From Eledone cirrhosa (taxonomy: Eukaryota): 64,000 nucleotides of DNA. Both the position numbers and the translations under genes were made by a program. Shown here in pieces: positions 1 to 13,699 of the stretch; positions within the stretch are counted from its first letter, which is position 1, and the number at the start of each line of letters is the position of its first letter. The stretch spans positions 1,302,001 to 1,366,000 of the forward strand of contig OZ024741.1 of the NCBI GenBank assembly GCA_964016885.1, read 5' to 3'. The notes beneath the pieces were generated by a model that was not told where the DNA came from, did not search any database, and saw only the letters and a program-made list of their open reading frames with translations.

Positions 1-579
1 ATTAAAGGTAACATCTACCTACAGATAGATTATTAAAGACAACATCTCCTACCTACAGATAGATTATTAAAGGTAACATCTACCTACAGATAGATTATTA
101 AAGGTAACATCTCCTACCTACAGATAGATTATTAAAGGTAACATCTACCTACAGATAGATTATTAAAGACAACATCTCCTACCTACAGATAGATTATTAA
201 AGGTAACATCTACCTACAGATAGATTATTAAAGGTAACATCTCCTATCTACAGATAGATTATTAAAAACAACATCTCCTACCTACAGATAGATTATTAAA
301 TGTAACATCTAACTACAGATAGATTATTTAAGGTAACATCTCCTACCTACAAATAGATTATTAAAGGTAACAACTCCTACCTACAGATAGATTATTAAAG
401 GTAACATCTCCTACCTACAGATAGATTATTAAAGGTAACATCTACCTACAGATAGATTATTAAAGGTAACATCTACCTACAGATAGATTATTAAAGATAA
501 CATCTCCTAACTACAGATAGATTATTAAAGGTAACATCTACCTACAGATAGACTATTAAAGGTAACATCTACCTACAGA

Positions 580-3500
580 TAGAATATAAAAGGTAACATC
601 TCCTACCTACAGATAGATTAATAAAAGTAACATCTACCTACAGATAGATTATTAAAGGCAACATCTCCTACCTACAGATAGATTAATAAAAGTAACATCT
701 CCTACCTACAGATAGATTATTAAAGGTAACATCTACCTACAGATAGAATATTAAAGGTAACATCTCCTACCAACAGATAGATTATTAAAGGTAACATCTA
801 CCTACAGATAGGTTATTAAAGGTAACATCTACCTACAGATAGATTATTCAAGGTAACATCTCCTACCTACAGATAGATTATTAAAGGTAACATCTCCTAC
901 CTACAGATAGATTATTAAAGGTAACATCTCCTACCTACAGATAGATTATTAAAGGTAACATCTACTTACAGATAGATTATTAAAGACAACATCTCCTGCA
1001 GATAGATTATTAAAGGTAACATCTCCTACCTACAGATAGATTATTAAAGGTAACATCTCCTAAATACAGATAGATTATTAAAGGTAACATCTACCTACAG
1101 ATAGATTATTAAAGGTAACATCTCCTACCTACAGATAGATTATTAAAGGTAACATCTCCTACCTACAGATAGATTATTAAAGGTAACATCTCCTACCTAC
1201 AGATAGATTATTAAAGGTAACATCTCCCACCTACAGATACATTATTAAAGGTAACATCTACCTACAGATAGATTATTAAAAGTAACATCTCCTACCTACA
1301 GATAGATTAATAAAAGTAACATCTACCTACAGATAGATTATTAAAGGCAACATCTCCTACCTACAGATAGATTAATAAAAGTAACATCTCCTACCTACAG
1401 ATAGATTATTAAAGGTAACATCTACCTACAGATAGAATATTAAAGGTAACATCTCCTACCAACAGATAGATTATTAAAGGTAACATCTACCTACAGATAG
1501 GTTATTAAAGGTAACATCTACCTACAGATAGATTATTCAAGGTAACATCTCCTACCTACAGATAGATTATTAAAGGTAACATCTCCTACCTACAGATAGA
1601 TTATTGAAGGTAACATCTCCTACCTACAGATAGATTATTAAAGGTAACATCTACTTACAGATAGATTATTAAAGACAACATCTCCTGCAGATAGATTATT
1701 AAAGGTAACATCTCCTACCTACAGATAGATTATTAAAGGTAACATCTCCTAAATACAGATAGATTATTAAAGGTAACATCTACCTACAGATAGATTATTA
1801 AAGGTAACATCTCCTACCTACAGATAGATTATTAAAGGTAACATCTCCTACCTACAGATAGATTATTAAAGGTAACATCTCCTACCTACAGATAGATTAT
1901 TAAAGGTAACATCTACCTACAGATAGATTATTAAAAGTAACATCTCCTACCTACAGATAGATTATTAAAGGTAACATCTACCTACAGATAGATTATTAAA
2001 GGTAACATCTCCTATCTACAGATAGATTATTAAAGGTAACATCTCCTACCTACAGATAGATTATTAAAGGTAACATCTCCTACCTACAGATAGATTATTA
2101 AAGGTAACATCTACCTACAGATAGATTATTAAAGACAACATCTCCTACCTACAGATAGATTATTAAAGGTAACATCTACCTACAGATAGATTATTAAAGG
2201 TAACATCTCCTACCTACAGATAGATTATTAAAGGTAACATCTACCTACAGATAGATTATTAAAGACAACATCTCCTACCTACAGATAGATTATTAAAGGT
2301 AACATCTACCTACAGATAGATTATTAAAGGTAACATCTCCTATCTACAGATAGATTATTAAAAACAACATCTCCTACCTACAGATAGATTATTAAATGTA
2401 ACATCTAACTACAGATAGATTATTTAAGGTAACATCTCCTACCTACAAATAGATTATTAAAGGTAACAACTCCTACCTACAGATAGATTATTAAAGGTAA
2501 CATCTCCTACCTACAGATAGATTATTAAAGGTAACATCTACCTACAGATAGATTATTAAAGGTAACATCTACCTACAGATAGATTATTAAAGATAACATC
2601 TCCTAACTACAGATAGAATATTAAAGGTAACATCTACCTACAGATAGAATATTAAAGGTAACATCTACCTACAGATAGAATATTAAAGGTAACATCTCCT
2701 ACCTACAGATAGATTAATAAAAGTAACATCTACCTACAGATAGATTATTAAAGGCAACATCTCCTACCTACAGATAGATTAATAAAAGTAACATCTCCTA
2801 CCTACAGATAGATTATTAAAGGTAACATCTACCTACAGATAGAATATTAAAGGTAACATCTCCTACCAACAGATAGATTATTAAAGGTAACATCTACCTA
2901 CAGATAGGTTATTAAAGGTAACATCTACCTACAGATAGATTATTCAAGGTAACATCTCCTACATACAGATAGATTATTAAAGGTAACATCTCCTACCTAC
3001 AGATAGATTATTAAAGGTAACATCTCCTACCTACAGATAGATTATTAAAGGTAACATCTACTTACAGATAGATTATTAAAGACAACATCTCCTGCAGATA
3101 GATTATTAAAGGTAACATCTCCTACCTACAGATAGATTATTAAAGGTAACATCTCCTAAATACAGATAGATTATTAAAGGTAACATCTACCTACAGATAG
3201 ATTATTAAAGGTAACATCTCCTACCTACAGATAGATTATTAAAGGTAACATCTCCTACCTACAGATAGATTATTAAAGGTAACATCTCCTACCTACAGAT
3301 AGATTATTAAAGGTAACATCTCCCACCTACAGATACATTATTAAAGGTAACATCTACCTACAGATAGATTATTAAAAGTAACATCTCCTACCTACAGATA
3401 GATTATTAAAGGTAACATCTACCTACAGATAGATTATTAAAGGTAACATCTCCTATCTACAGATAGATTATTAAAGGTAACATCTCCTACCTACAGATAG

Positions 3501-6500
3501 ATTATTAAAGGTAACATCTCCTACCTACAGATAGATTATTAAAGGTAACATCTACCTACAGATAGATTATTAAAGATAACATCTCCTAACTACAGATAGA
3601 ATATTAAAGGTAACATCTACCTACAGATAGAATATTAAAGGTAACATCTACCTACAGATAGAATATTAAAGGTAACATCTCCTACCTACAGATAGATTAA
3701 TAAAAGTAACATCTACCTACAGATAGATTATTAAAGGCAACATCTCCTACCTACAGATAGATTAATAAAAGTAACATCTCCTACCTACAGATAGATTATT
3801 AAAGGTAACATCTACCTACAGATAGAATATTAAAGGTAACATCTCCTACCAACAGATAGATTATTAAAGGTAACATCTACCTACAGATAGGTTATTAAAG
3901 GTAACATCTACCTACAGATAGATTATTCAAGGTAACATCTCCTACCTACAGATAGATTATTAAAGGTAACATCTCCTACCTACAGATAGATTATTAAAGG
4001 TAACATCTCCTACCTACAGATAGATTATTAAAGGTAACATCTACTTACAGATAGATTATTAAAGACAACATCTCCTGCAGATAGATTATTAAAGGTAACA
4101 TCTCCTACCTACAGATAGATTATTAAAGGTAACATCTCCTAAATACAGATAGATTATTAAAGGTAACATCTACCTACAGATAGATTATTAAAGGTAACAT
4201 CTCCTACCTACAGATAGATTATTAAAGGTAACATCTCCTACCTACAGATAGATTATTAAAGGTAACATCTCCTACCTACAGATAGATTATTAAAGGTAAC
4301 ATCTCCCACCTACAGATACATTATTAAAGGTAACATCTACCTACAGATAGATTATTAAAAGTAACATCTCCTACCTACAGATAGATTATTAAAGGTAACA
4401 TCTACCTACAGATAGATTATTAAAGGTAACATCTCCTATCTACAGATAGATTATTAAAGGTAACATCTCCTACCTACAGATAGATTATTAAAGGTAACAT
4501 CTCCTACCTACAGATAGATTATTAAAGGTAACATCTACCTACAGATAGATTATTAAAGACAACATCTCCTACCTACAGATAGATTATTAAAGGTAACATC
4601 TACCTACAGATAGATTATTAAAGGTAACATCTCCTACCTACAGATAGATTATTAAAGGTAACATCTACCTACAGATAGATTATTAAAGACAACATCTCCT
4701 ACCTACAGATAGATTATTAAAGGTAACATCTACCTACAGATAGATTATTAAAGGTAACATCTCCTATCTACAGATAGATTATTAAAAACAACATCTCCTA
4801 CCTACAGATAGATTATTAAATGTAACATCTAACTACAGATAGATTATTTAAGGTAACATCTCCTACCTACAAATAGATTATTAAAGGTAACAACTCCTAC
4901 CTACAGATAGATTATTAAAGGTAACATCTCCTACCTACAGATAGATTATTAAAGGTAACATCTACCTACAGATAGATTATTAAAGGTAACATCTACCTAC
5001 AGATATATTATTAAAGATAACATCTCCTAACTACAGATAGATTATTAAAGGTAACATCTACCTACAGATAGACTATTAAAGGTAACATCTACCTACAGAT
5101 AGAATATAAAAGGTAACATCTCCTACCTACAGATAGATTAATAAAAGTAACATCTACCTACAGATAGATTATTAAAGGCAACATCTCCTACCTACAGATA
5201 GATTAATAAAAGTAACATCTCCTACCTACAGATAGATTATTAAAGGTAACATCTACCTACAGATAGAATATTAAAGGTAACATCTCCTACCAACAGATAA
5301 ATTATTAAAGGTAACATCTACCTACAGATAGGTTATTAAAGGTAACATCTACCTACAGATAGATTATTCAAGGTAACATCTCCTACCTACAGATAGATTA
5401 ATAAAAGTAACATCTACCTACAGATAGAATATAAAAGGTAACATCTCCTACTTACAGATAGATTAATAAAAGTAACATCTACCTACAGATAGATTATTAA
5501 AGGCAACATCTCCTACCTACAGATAGATTAATAAAAGTAACATCTCCTACCTACAGATAGATTATTAAAGGTAACATCTACCTACAGATAGAATATTAAA
5601 GGTAACATCTCCTACCAACAGATAGATTATTAAAGGTAACATCTACCTACAGATAGGTTATTAAAGGTAACATCTACCTACAGATAGATTATTCAAGGTA
5701 ACATCTCCTACCTACAGATAGATTATTAAAGGTAACATCTCCTACCTACAGATAGATTATTAAAGGTAACATCTCCTACCTACAGATAGATTATTAAAGG
5801 TAACATCTACTTACAGATAGATTATTAAAGACAACATCTCCTGCAGATAGATTATTAAAGGTAACATCTCCTACCTACAGATAGATTATTAAAGGTAACA
5901 TCTCCTAAATACAGATAGATTATTAAAGGTAACATCTACCTACAGATAGATTATTAAAGGTAACATCTCCTACCTACAGATAGATTATTAAAGGTAACAT
6001 CTCCTACCTACAGATAGATTATTAAAGGTAACATCTCCTACCTACAGATAGATTATTAAAGGTAACATCTCCCACCTACAGATACATTATTAAAGGTAAC
6101 ATCTACCTACAGATAGATTATTAAAAGTAACATCTCCTACCTACAGATAGATAAATAAAAGTAACATCTACCTACAGATAGATTATTAAAGGCAACATCT
6201 CCTACCTACAGATAGATTAATAAAAGTAACATCTCCTACCTACAGATAGATTATTAAAGGTAACATCTACCTACAGATAGAATATTAAAGGTAACATCTC
6301 CTACCAACAGATAGATTATTAAAGGTAACATCTACCTACAGATAGGTTATTAAAGGTAACATCTACCTACAGATAGGTTATTCAAGGTAACATCTCCTAC
6401 CTACAGATAGATTATTAAAGGTAACATCTCCTACCTACAGATAGATTATTAAAGGTAACATCTCCTACCTACAGATAGATTATTAAAGGTAACATCTACT

Positions 6501-8390
6501 TACAGATAGATTATTAAAGACAACATCTCCTGCAGATAGATTATTAAAGGTAACATCTCCTACCTACAGATAGATTATTAAAGGTAACATCTCCTAAATA
6601 CAGATAGATTATTAAAGGTTACATCTACCTACAGATAGATTATTAAAGGTAACATCTCCTACCTACAGATAGATTATTAAAGGTAACATCTCCTACCTAC
6701 AGATAGATTATTAAAGGTAACATCTCCTACCTACAGATAGATTATTAAAGGTAACATCTACCTACAGATAGATTATTAAAAGTAACATCTCCTACCTACA
6801 GATAGATTATTAAAGGTAACATCTACCTACAGATAGATTATTAAAGGTAACATCTCCTATCTACAGATAGATTATTAAAGGTAACATCTCCTACCTACAG
6901 ATAGATTATTAAAGGTAACATCTCCTACCTACAGATAGATTATTAAAGGTAACATCTACCTACAGATAGATTATTAAAGACAACATCTCCTACCTACAGA
7001 TAGATTATTAAAGGTAACATCTACCTACAGATAGATTATTAAAGGTAACATCTCCTACCTACAGATAGATTATTAAAGGTAACATCTACCTACAGATAGA
7101 TTATTAAAGACAACATCTCCTACCTACAGATAGATTATTAAAGGTAACATCTACCTACAGATAGATTATTAAAGGTAACATCTCCTATCTACAGATAGAT
7201 TATTAAAAACAACATCTCCTACCTACAGATAGATTATTAAATGTAACATCTAACTACAGATAGATTATTTAAGGTAACATCTCCTACCTACAAATAGATT
7301 ATTAAAGGTAACAACTCCTACCTACAGATAGATTATTAAAGGTAACATCTCCTACCTACAGATAGATTATTAAAGGTAACATCTACCTACAGATAGATTA
7401 TTAAAGGTAACATCTACCTACAGATAGATTATTAAAGATAACATCTCCTAACTACAGATAGAATATTAAAGGTAACATCTACCTACAGATAGAATATTAA
7501 AGGTAACATCTACCTACAGATAGAATATTAAAGGTAACATCTCCTACCTACAGATAGATTAATAAAAGTAACATCTACCTACAGATAGATTATTAAAGGC
7601 AACATCTCCTACCTACAGATAGATTAATAAAAGTAACATCTCCTACCTACAGATAGATTATTAAAGGTAACATCTACCTACAGATAGAATATTAAAGGTA
7701 ACATCTCCTACCAACAGATAGATTATTAAAGGTAACATCTACCTACAGATAGGTTATTAAAGGTAACATCTACCTACAGATAGATTATTCAAGGTAACAT
7801 CTCCTACCTACAGATAGATTATTAAAGGTAACATCTCCTACCTACAGATAGATTATTAAAGGTAACATCTCCTACCTACAGATAGATTATTAAAGGTAAC
7901 ATCTACTTACAGATAGATTATTAAAGACAACATCTCCTGCAGATAGATTATTAAAGGTAACATCTCCTACCTACAGATAGATTATTAAAGGTAACATCTC
8001 CTAAATACAGATAGATTATTAAAGGTAACATCTACCTACAGATAGATTATTAAAGGTAACATCTCCTACCTACAGATAGATTATTAAAGGTAACATCTCC
8101 TACCTACAGATAGATTATTAAAGGTAACATCTCCTACCTACAGATAGATTATTAAAGGTAACATCTCCCACCTACAGATACATTATTAAAGGTAACATCT
8201 ACCTACAGATAGATTATTAAAAGTAACATCTCCTACCTACAGATAGATTATTAAAGGTAACATCTACCTACAGATAGATTATTAAAGGTAACATCTCCTA
8301 TCTACAGATAGATTATTAAAGGTAACATCTCCTACCTACAGATAGATTATTAAAGGTAACATCTCCTACCTACAGATAGATTATTAAAGG
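580..8390. repeat. Block duplication, offset 4845 bp (~580-3540 vs ~5425-8390)
   Basis: PstI markers 996/5841, 1685/6530 and 3092/7937, and the run of three GAATATT monomers at 2616/7461, are all offset by 4845. Both copies share the 689-bp truncated HOR. Confidence 0.85.
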
Positions 8391-11300
8391 TAACATCTAC
8401 CTACAGATAGATTATTAAAGACAACATCTCCTACCTACAGATAGATTATTAAAGGTAACATCTACCTACAGATAGATTATTAAAGGTAACATCTCCTACC
8501 TACAGATAGATTATTAAAGGTAACATCTACCTACAGATAGATTATTAAAGACAACATCTCCTACCTATAGATAGATTATTAAAGGTAACATCTACCTACA
8601 GATAGATTATTAAAGGTAACATCTCCTATCTACAGATAGATTATTAAAAACAACATCTCCTACCTACAGATAGATTATTAAATGTAACATCTAACTACAG
8701 ATAGATTATTTAAGGTAACATCTCCTACCTACAAATAGATTATTAAAGGTAACAACTCCTACCTACAGATAGATTATTAAAGGTAACATCTCCTACCTAC
8801 AGATAGATTATTAAAGGTAACATCTACCTACAGATAGATTATTAAAGGTAACATCTACCTACAGATAGATTATTAAAGATAACATCTCCTAACTACAGAT
8901 AGATTATTAAAGGTAACATCTACCTACAGATAGACTATTAAAGGTAACATCTACCTACAGATAGAATATAAAAGGTAACATCTCCTACCTACAGATAGAT
9001 TAATAAAAGTAACATCTACCTACAGATAGATTATTAAAGGCAACATCTCCTACCTACAGATAGATTAATAAAAGTAACATCTCCTACCTACAGATAGATT
9101 ATTAAAGGTAACATCTACCTACAGATAGAATATTAAAGGTAACATCTCCTACCAACAGATAGATTATTAAAGGTAACATCTACCTACAGATAGGTTATTA
9201 AAGGTAACATCTACCTACAGATAGATTATTCAAGGTAACATCTCCTACCTACAGATAGATTATTAAAGGTAACATCTCCTACCTACAGATAGATTATTAA
9301 AGGTAACATCTCCTACCTACAGATAGATTATTAAAGGTAACATCTACTTACAGATAGATTATTAAAGACAACATCTCCTGCAGATAGATTATTAAAGGTA
9401 ACATCTCCTACCTACAGATAGATTATTAAAGGTAACATCTCCTAAATACAGATAGATTATTAAAGGTAACATCTACCTACAGATAGATTATTAAAGGTAA
9501 CATCTCCTACCTACAGATAGATTATTAAAGGTAACATCTCCTACCTACAGATAGATTATTAAAGTTAACATCTCCTACCTACAGATAGATTATTAAAGGT
9601 AACATCTCCCACCTACAGATACATTATTAAAGGTAACATCTACCTACAGATAGATTATTAAAAGTAACATCTCCTACCTACAGATAGATTATTAAAGGTA
9701 ACATCTACCTACAGATAGATTATTAAAGGTAACATCTCCTATCTACAGATAGATTATTAAAGGTAACATCTCCTACCTACAGATAGATTATTAAAGGTAA
9801 CATCTCCTACCTACAGATAGATTATTAAAGGTAACATCTACCTACAGATAGATTATTAAAGACAACATATCCTACCTACAGATAGATTATTAAAGGTAAC
9901 ATCTACCTACAGATAGATTATTAAAGGTAACATCTCCTACCTACAGATAGATTATTAAAGGTAACATCTACCTACAGATAGATTATTAAAGACAACATCT
10001 CCTACCTACAGATAGATTATTAAAGGTAACATCTACCTACAGATAGATTATTAAAGGTAACATCTCCTATCTACAGATAGATTATTAAAAACAACATCTC
10101 CTACCTACAGATAGATTATTAAATGTAACATCTAACTACAGATAGATTATTTAAGGTAACATCTCCTACCTACAAATAGATTATTAAAGGTAACAACTCC
10201 TACCTACAGATAGATTATTAAAGGTAACATCTCCTACCTACAGATAGATTATTAAAGGTAACATCTACCTACAGATAGATTATTAAAGGTAACATCTACC
10301 TACAGATAGATTATTAAAGATAACATCTCCTAACTACAGATAGATTATTAAAGGTAACATCTACCTACAGATAGACTATTAAAGGTAACATCTACCTACA
10401 GATAGAATATAAAAGGTAACATCTCCTACCTACAGATAGATTAATAAAAGTAACATCTACCTACAGATAGATTATTAAAGGCAACATCTCCTACCTACAG
10501 ATAGATTAATAAAAGTAACATCTCCTACCTACAGATAGATTATTAAAGGTAACATCTACCTACAGATAGAATATTAAAGGTAACATCTCCTACCAACAGA
10601 TAGATTATTAAAGGTAACATCTACCTACAGATAGGTTATTAAAGGTAACATCTACCTACAGATAGATTATTCAAGGTAACATCTCCTACCTACAGATAGA
10701 TTATTAAAGGTAACATCTCCTACCTACAGATAGATTATTAAAGGTAACATCTACTTACAGATAGATTATTAAAGACAACATCTCCTGCAGATAGATTATT
10801 AAAGGTAACATCTCCTACCTACAGATAGATTATTAAAGGTAACATCTCCTAAATACAGATAGATTATTAAAGGTAACATCTACCTACAGATAGATTATTA
10901 AAGGTAACATCTCCTATCTACAGATAGATTATTAAAAACAACATCTCCTACCTACAGATAGATTATTAAATGTAACATCTACCTACAGATAGATTATTAA
11001 AGGTAACATCTCCTACCTACAGATAGATTATTAAAGGTAACATCTACCTACAGATAGATTATTAAAGGTAACATCTACCTACAGATAGATTATTAAAGAT
11101 AACATCTCCTAACTACAGATAGATTATTAAAGGTAACATCTACCTACAGATAGACTATTAAAGGTAACATCTACCTACAGATAGAATATTAAAGGTAACA
11201 TCTCCTACCTACAGATAGATTAATAAAAGTAACATCTACCTACAGATAGATTATTAAAGGCAACATCTCCTACCTACAGATAGATTAATAAAAGTAACAT

Positions 11301-13699
11301 CTCCTACCTACAGATAGATTATTAAAGGTAACATCTACCTACAGATAGAATATTAAAGGTAACATCTCCTACCAACAGATAGATTATTAAAGGTAACATC
11401 TACCTACAGATAGGTTATTAAAGGTAACATCTACCTACAGATAGATTATTCAAGGTAACATCTCCTACCTACAGATAGATTATTAAAGGTAACATCTCCT
11501 ACCTACAGATAGATTATTAAAGGTAACATCTCCTACCTACAGATAGATTATTAAAGGTAACATCTACTTACAGATAGATTATTAAAGACAACATCTCCTG
11601 CAGATAGATTATTAAAGGTAACATCTCCTACCTACAGATAGATTATTAAAGGTAACATCTCCTAAATACAGATAGATTATTAAAGGTAACATCTACCTAC
11701 AGATAGATTATTAAAGGTAACATCTCCTACCTACAGATAGATTATTAAAGGTAACATCTCCTACCTACAGATAGATTATTAAAGGTAACATCTCCTACCT
11801 ACAGATAGATTATTAAAGGTAACATCTCCCACCTACAGATACATTATTAAAGGTAACATCTACCTACAGATAGATTATTAAAAGTAACATCTCCTACCTA
11901 CAGATAGATTATTAAAGGTAACATCTACCTACAGATAGATTATTAAAGGTAACATCTCCTATCTACAGATAGATTATTAAAGGTAACATCTCCTACCTAC
12001 AGATAGATTATTAAAGGTAACATCTCCTACCTACAGATAGATTATTAAAGGTAACATCTACCTACAGATAGATTATTAAAGACAACATCTCCTACCTACA
12101 GATAGATTATTAAAGGTAACATCTACCTACAGATAGATTATTAAAGGTAACATCTCCTACCTACAGATAGATTATTAAAGGTAACATCTACCTACAGATA
12201 GATTATTAAAGACAACATCTCCTACCTACAGATAGATTATTAAAGGTAACATCTACCTACAGATAGATTATTAAAGGTAACATCTCCTATCTACAGATAG
12301 ATTATTAAAAACAACATCTCCTACCTACAGATAGATTATTAAATGTAACATCTAACTACAGATAGATTATTTAAGGTAACATCTCCTACCTACAAATAGA
12401 TTATTAAAGGTAACAACTCCTACCTACAGATAGATTATTAAAGGTAACATCTCCTACCTACAGATAGATTATTAAAGGTAACATCTACCTACAGATAGAT
12501 TATTAAAGGTAACATCTACCTACAGATAGATTATTAAAGATAACATCTCCTAACTACAGATAGATTATTAAAGGTAACATCTACCTACAGATAGACTATT
12601 AAAGGTAACATCTACCTACAGATAGAATATAAAAGGTAACATCTCCTACCTACAGATAGATTGATAAAAGTAACATCTACCTACAGATAGATTATTAAAG
12701 GCAACATCTCCTACCTACAGATAGATTAATAAAAGTAACATCTCCTACCTACAGATAGATTATTAAAGGTAACATCTACCTACAGATAGAATATTAAAGG
12801 TAACATCTCCTACCAACAGATAGATTATTAAAGGTAACATCTACCTACAGATAGGTTATTAAAGGTAACATCTACCTACAGATAGATTATTCAAGGTAAC
12901 ATCTCCTACCTACAGATAGATTATTAAAGGTAACATCTCCTACCTACAGATAGATTATTAAAGGTAACATCTACTTACAGATAGATTATTAAAGACAACA
13001 TCTCCTGCAGATAGATTATTAAAGGTAACATCTCCTACCTACAGATAGATTATTAAAGGTAACATCTCCTAAATACAGATAGATTATTAAAGGTAACATC
13101 TACCTACAGATAGATTATTAAAGGTAACATCTCCTATCTACAGATAGATTATTAAAAACAACATCTCCTACCTACAGATAGATTATTAAATGTAACATCT
13201 AACTACAGATAGATTATTTAAGGTAACATCTCCTACCTACAAATAGATTATTAAAGGTAACAACTCCTACCTACAGATAGATTATTAAAGGTAACATCTC
13301 CTACCTACAGATAGATTATTAAAGGTAACATCTACCTACAGATAGATTATTAAAGGTAACATCTACCTACAGATAGATTATTAAAGATAACATCTCCTAA
13401 CTACAGATAGATTATTAAAGGTAACATCTACCTACAGATAGACTATTAAAGGTAACATCTACCTACAGATAGAATATTAAAGGTAACATCTCCTACCTAC
13501 AGATAGATTAATAAAAGTAACATCTACCTACAGATAGATTATTAAAGGCAACATCTCCTACCTACAGATAGATTAATAAAAGTAACATCTCCTACCTACA
13601 GATAGATTATTAAAGGTAACATCTACCTACAGATAGAATATTAAAGGTAACATCTCCTACCAACAGATAGATTATTAAAGGTAACATCTACCTACAGAT

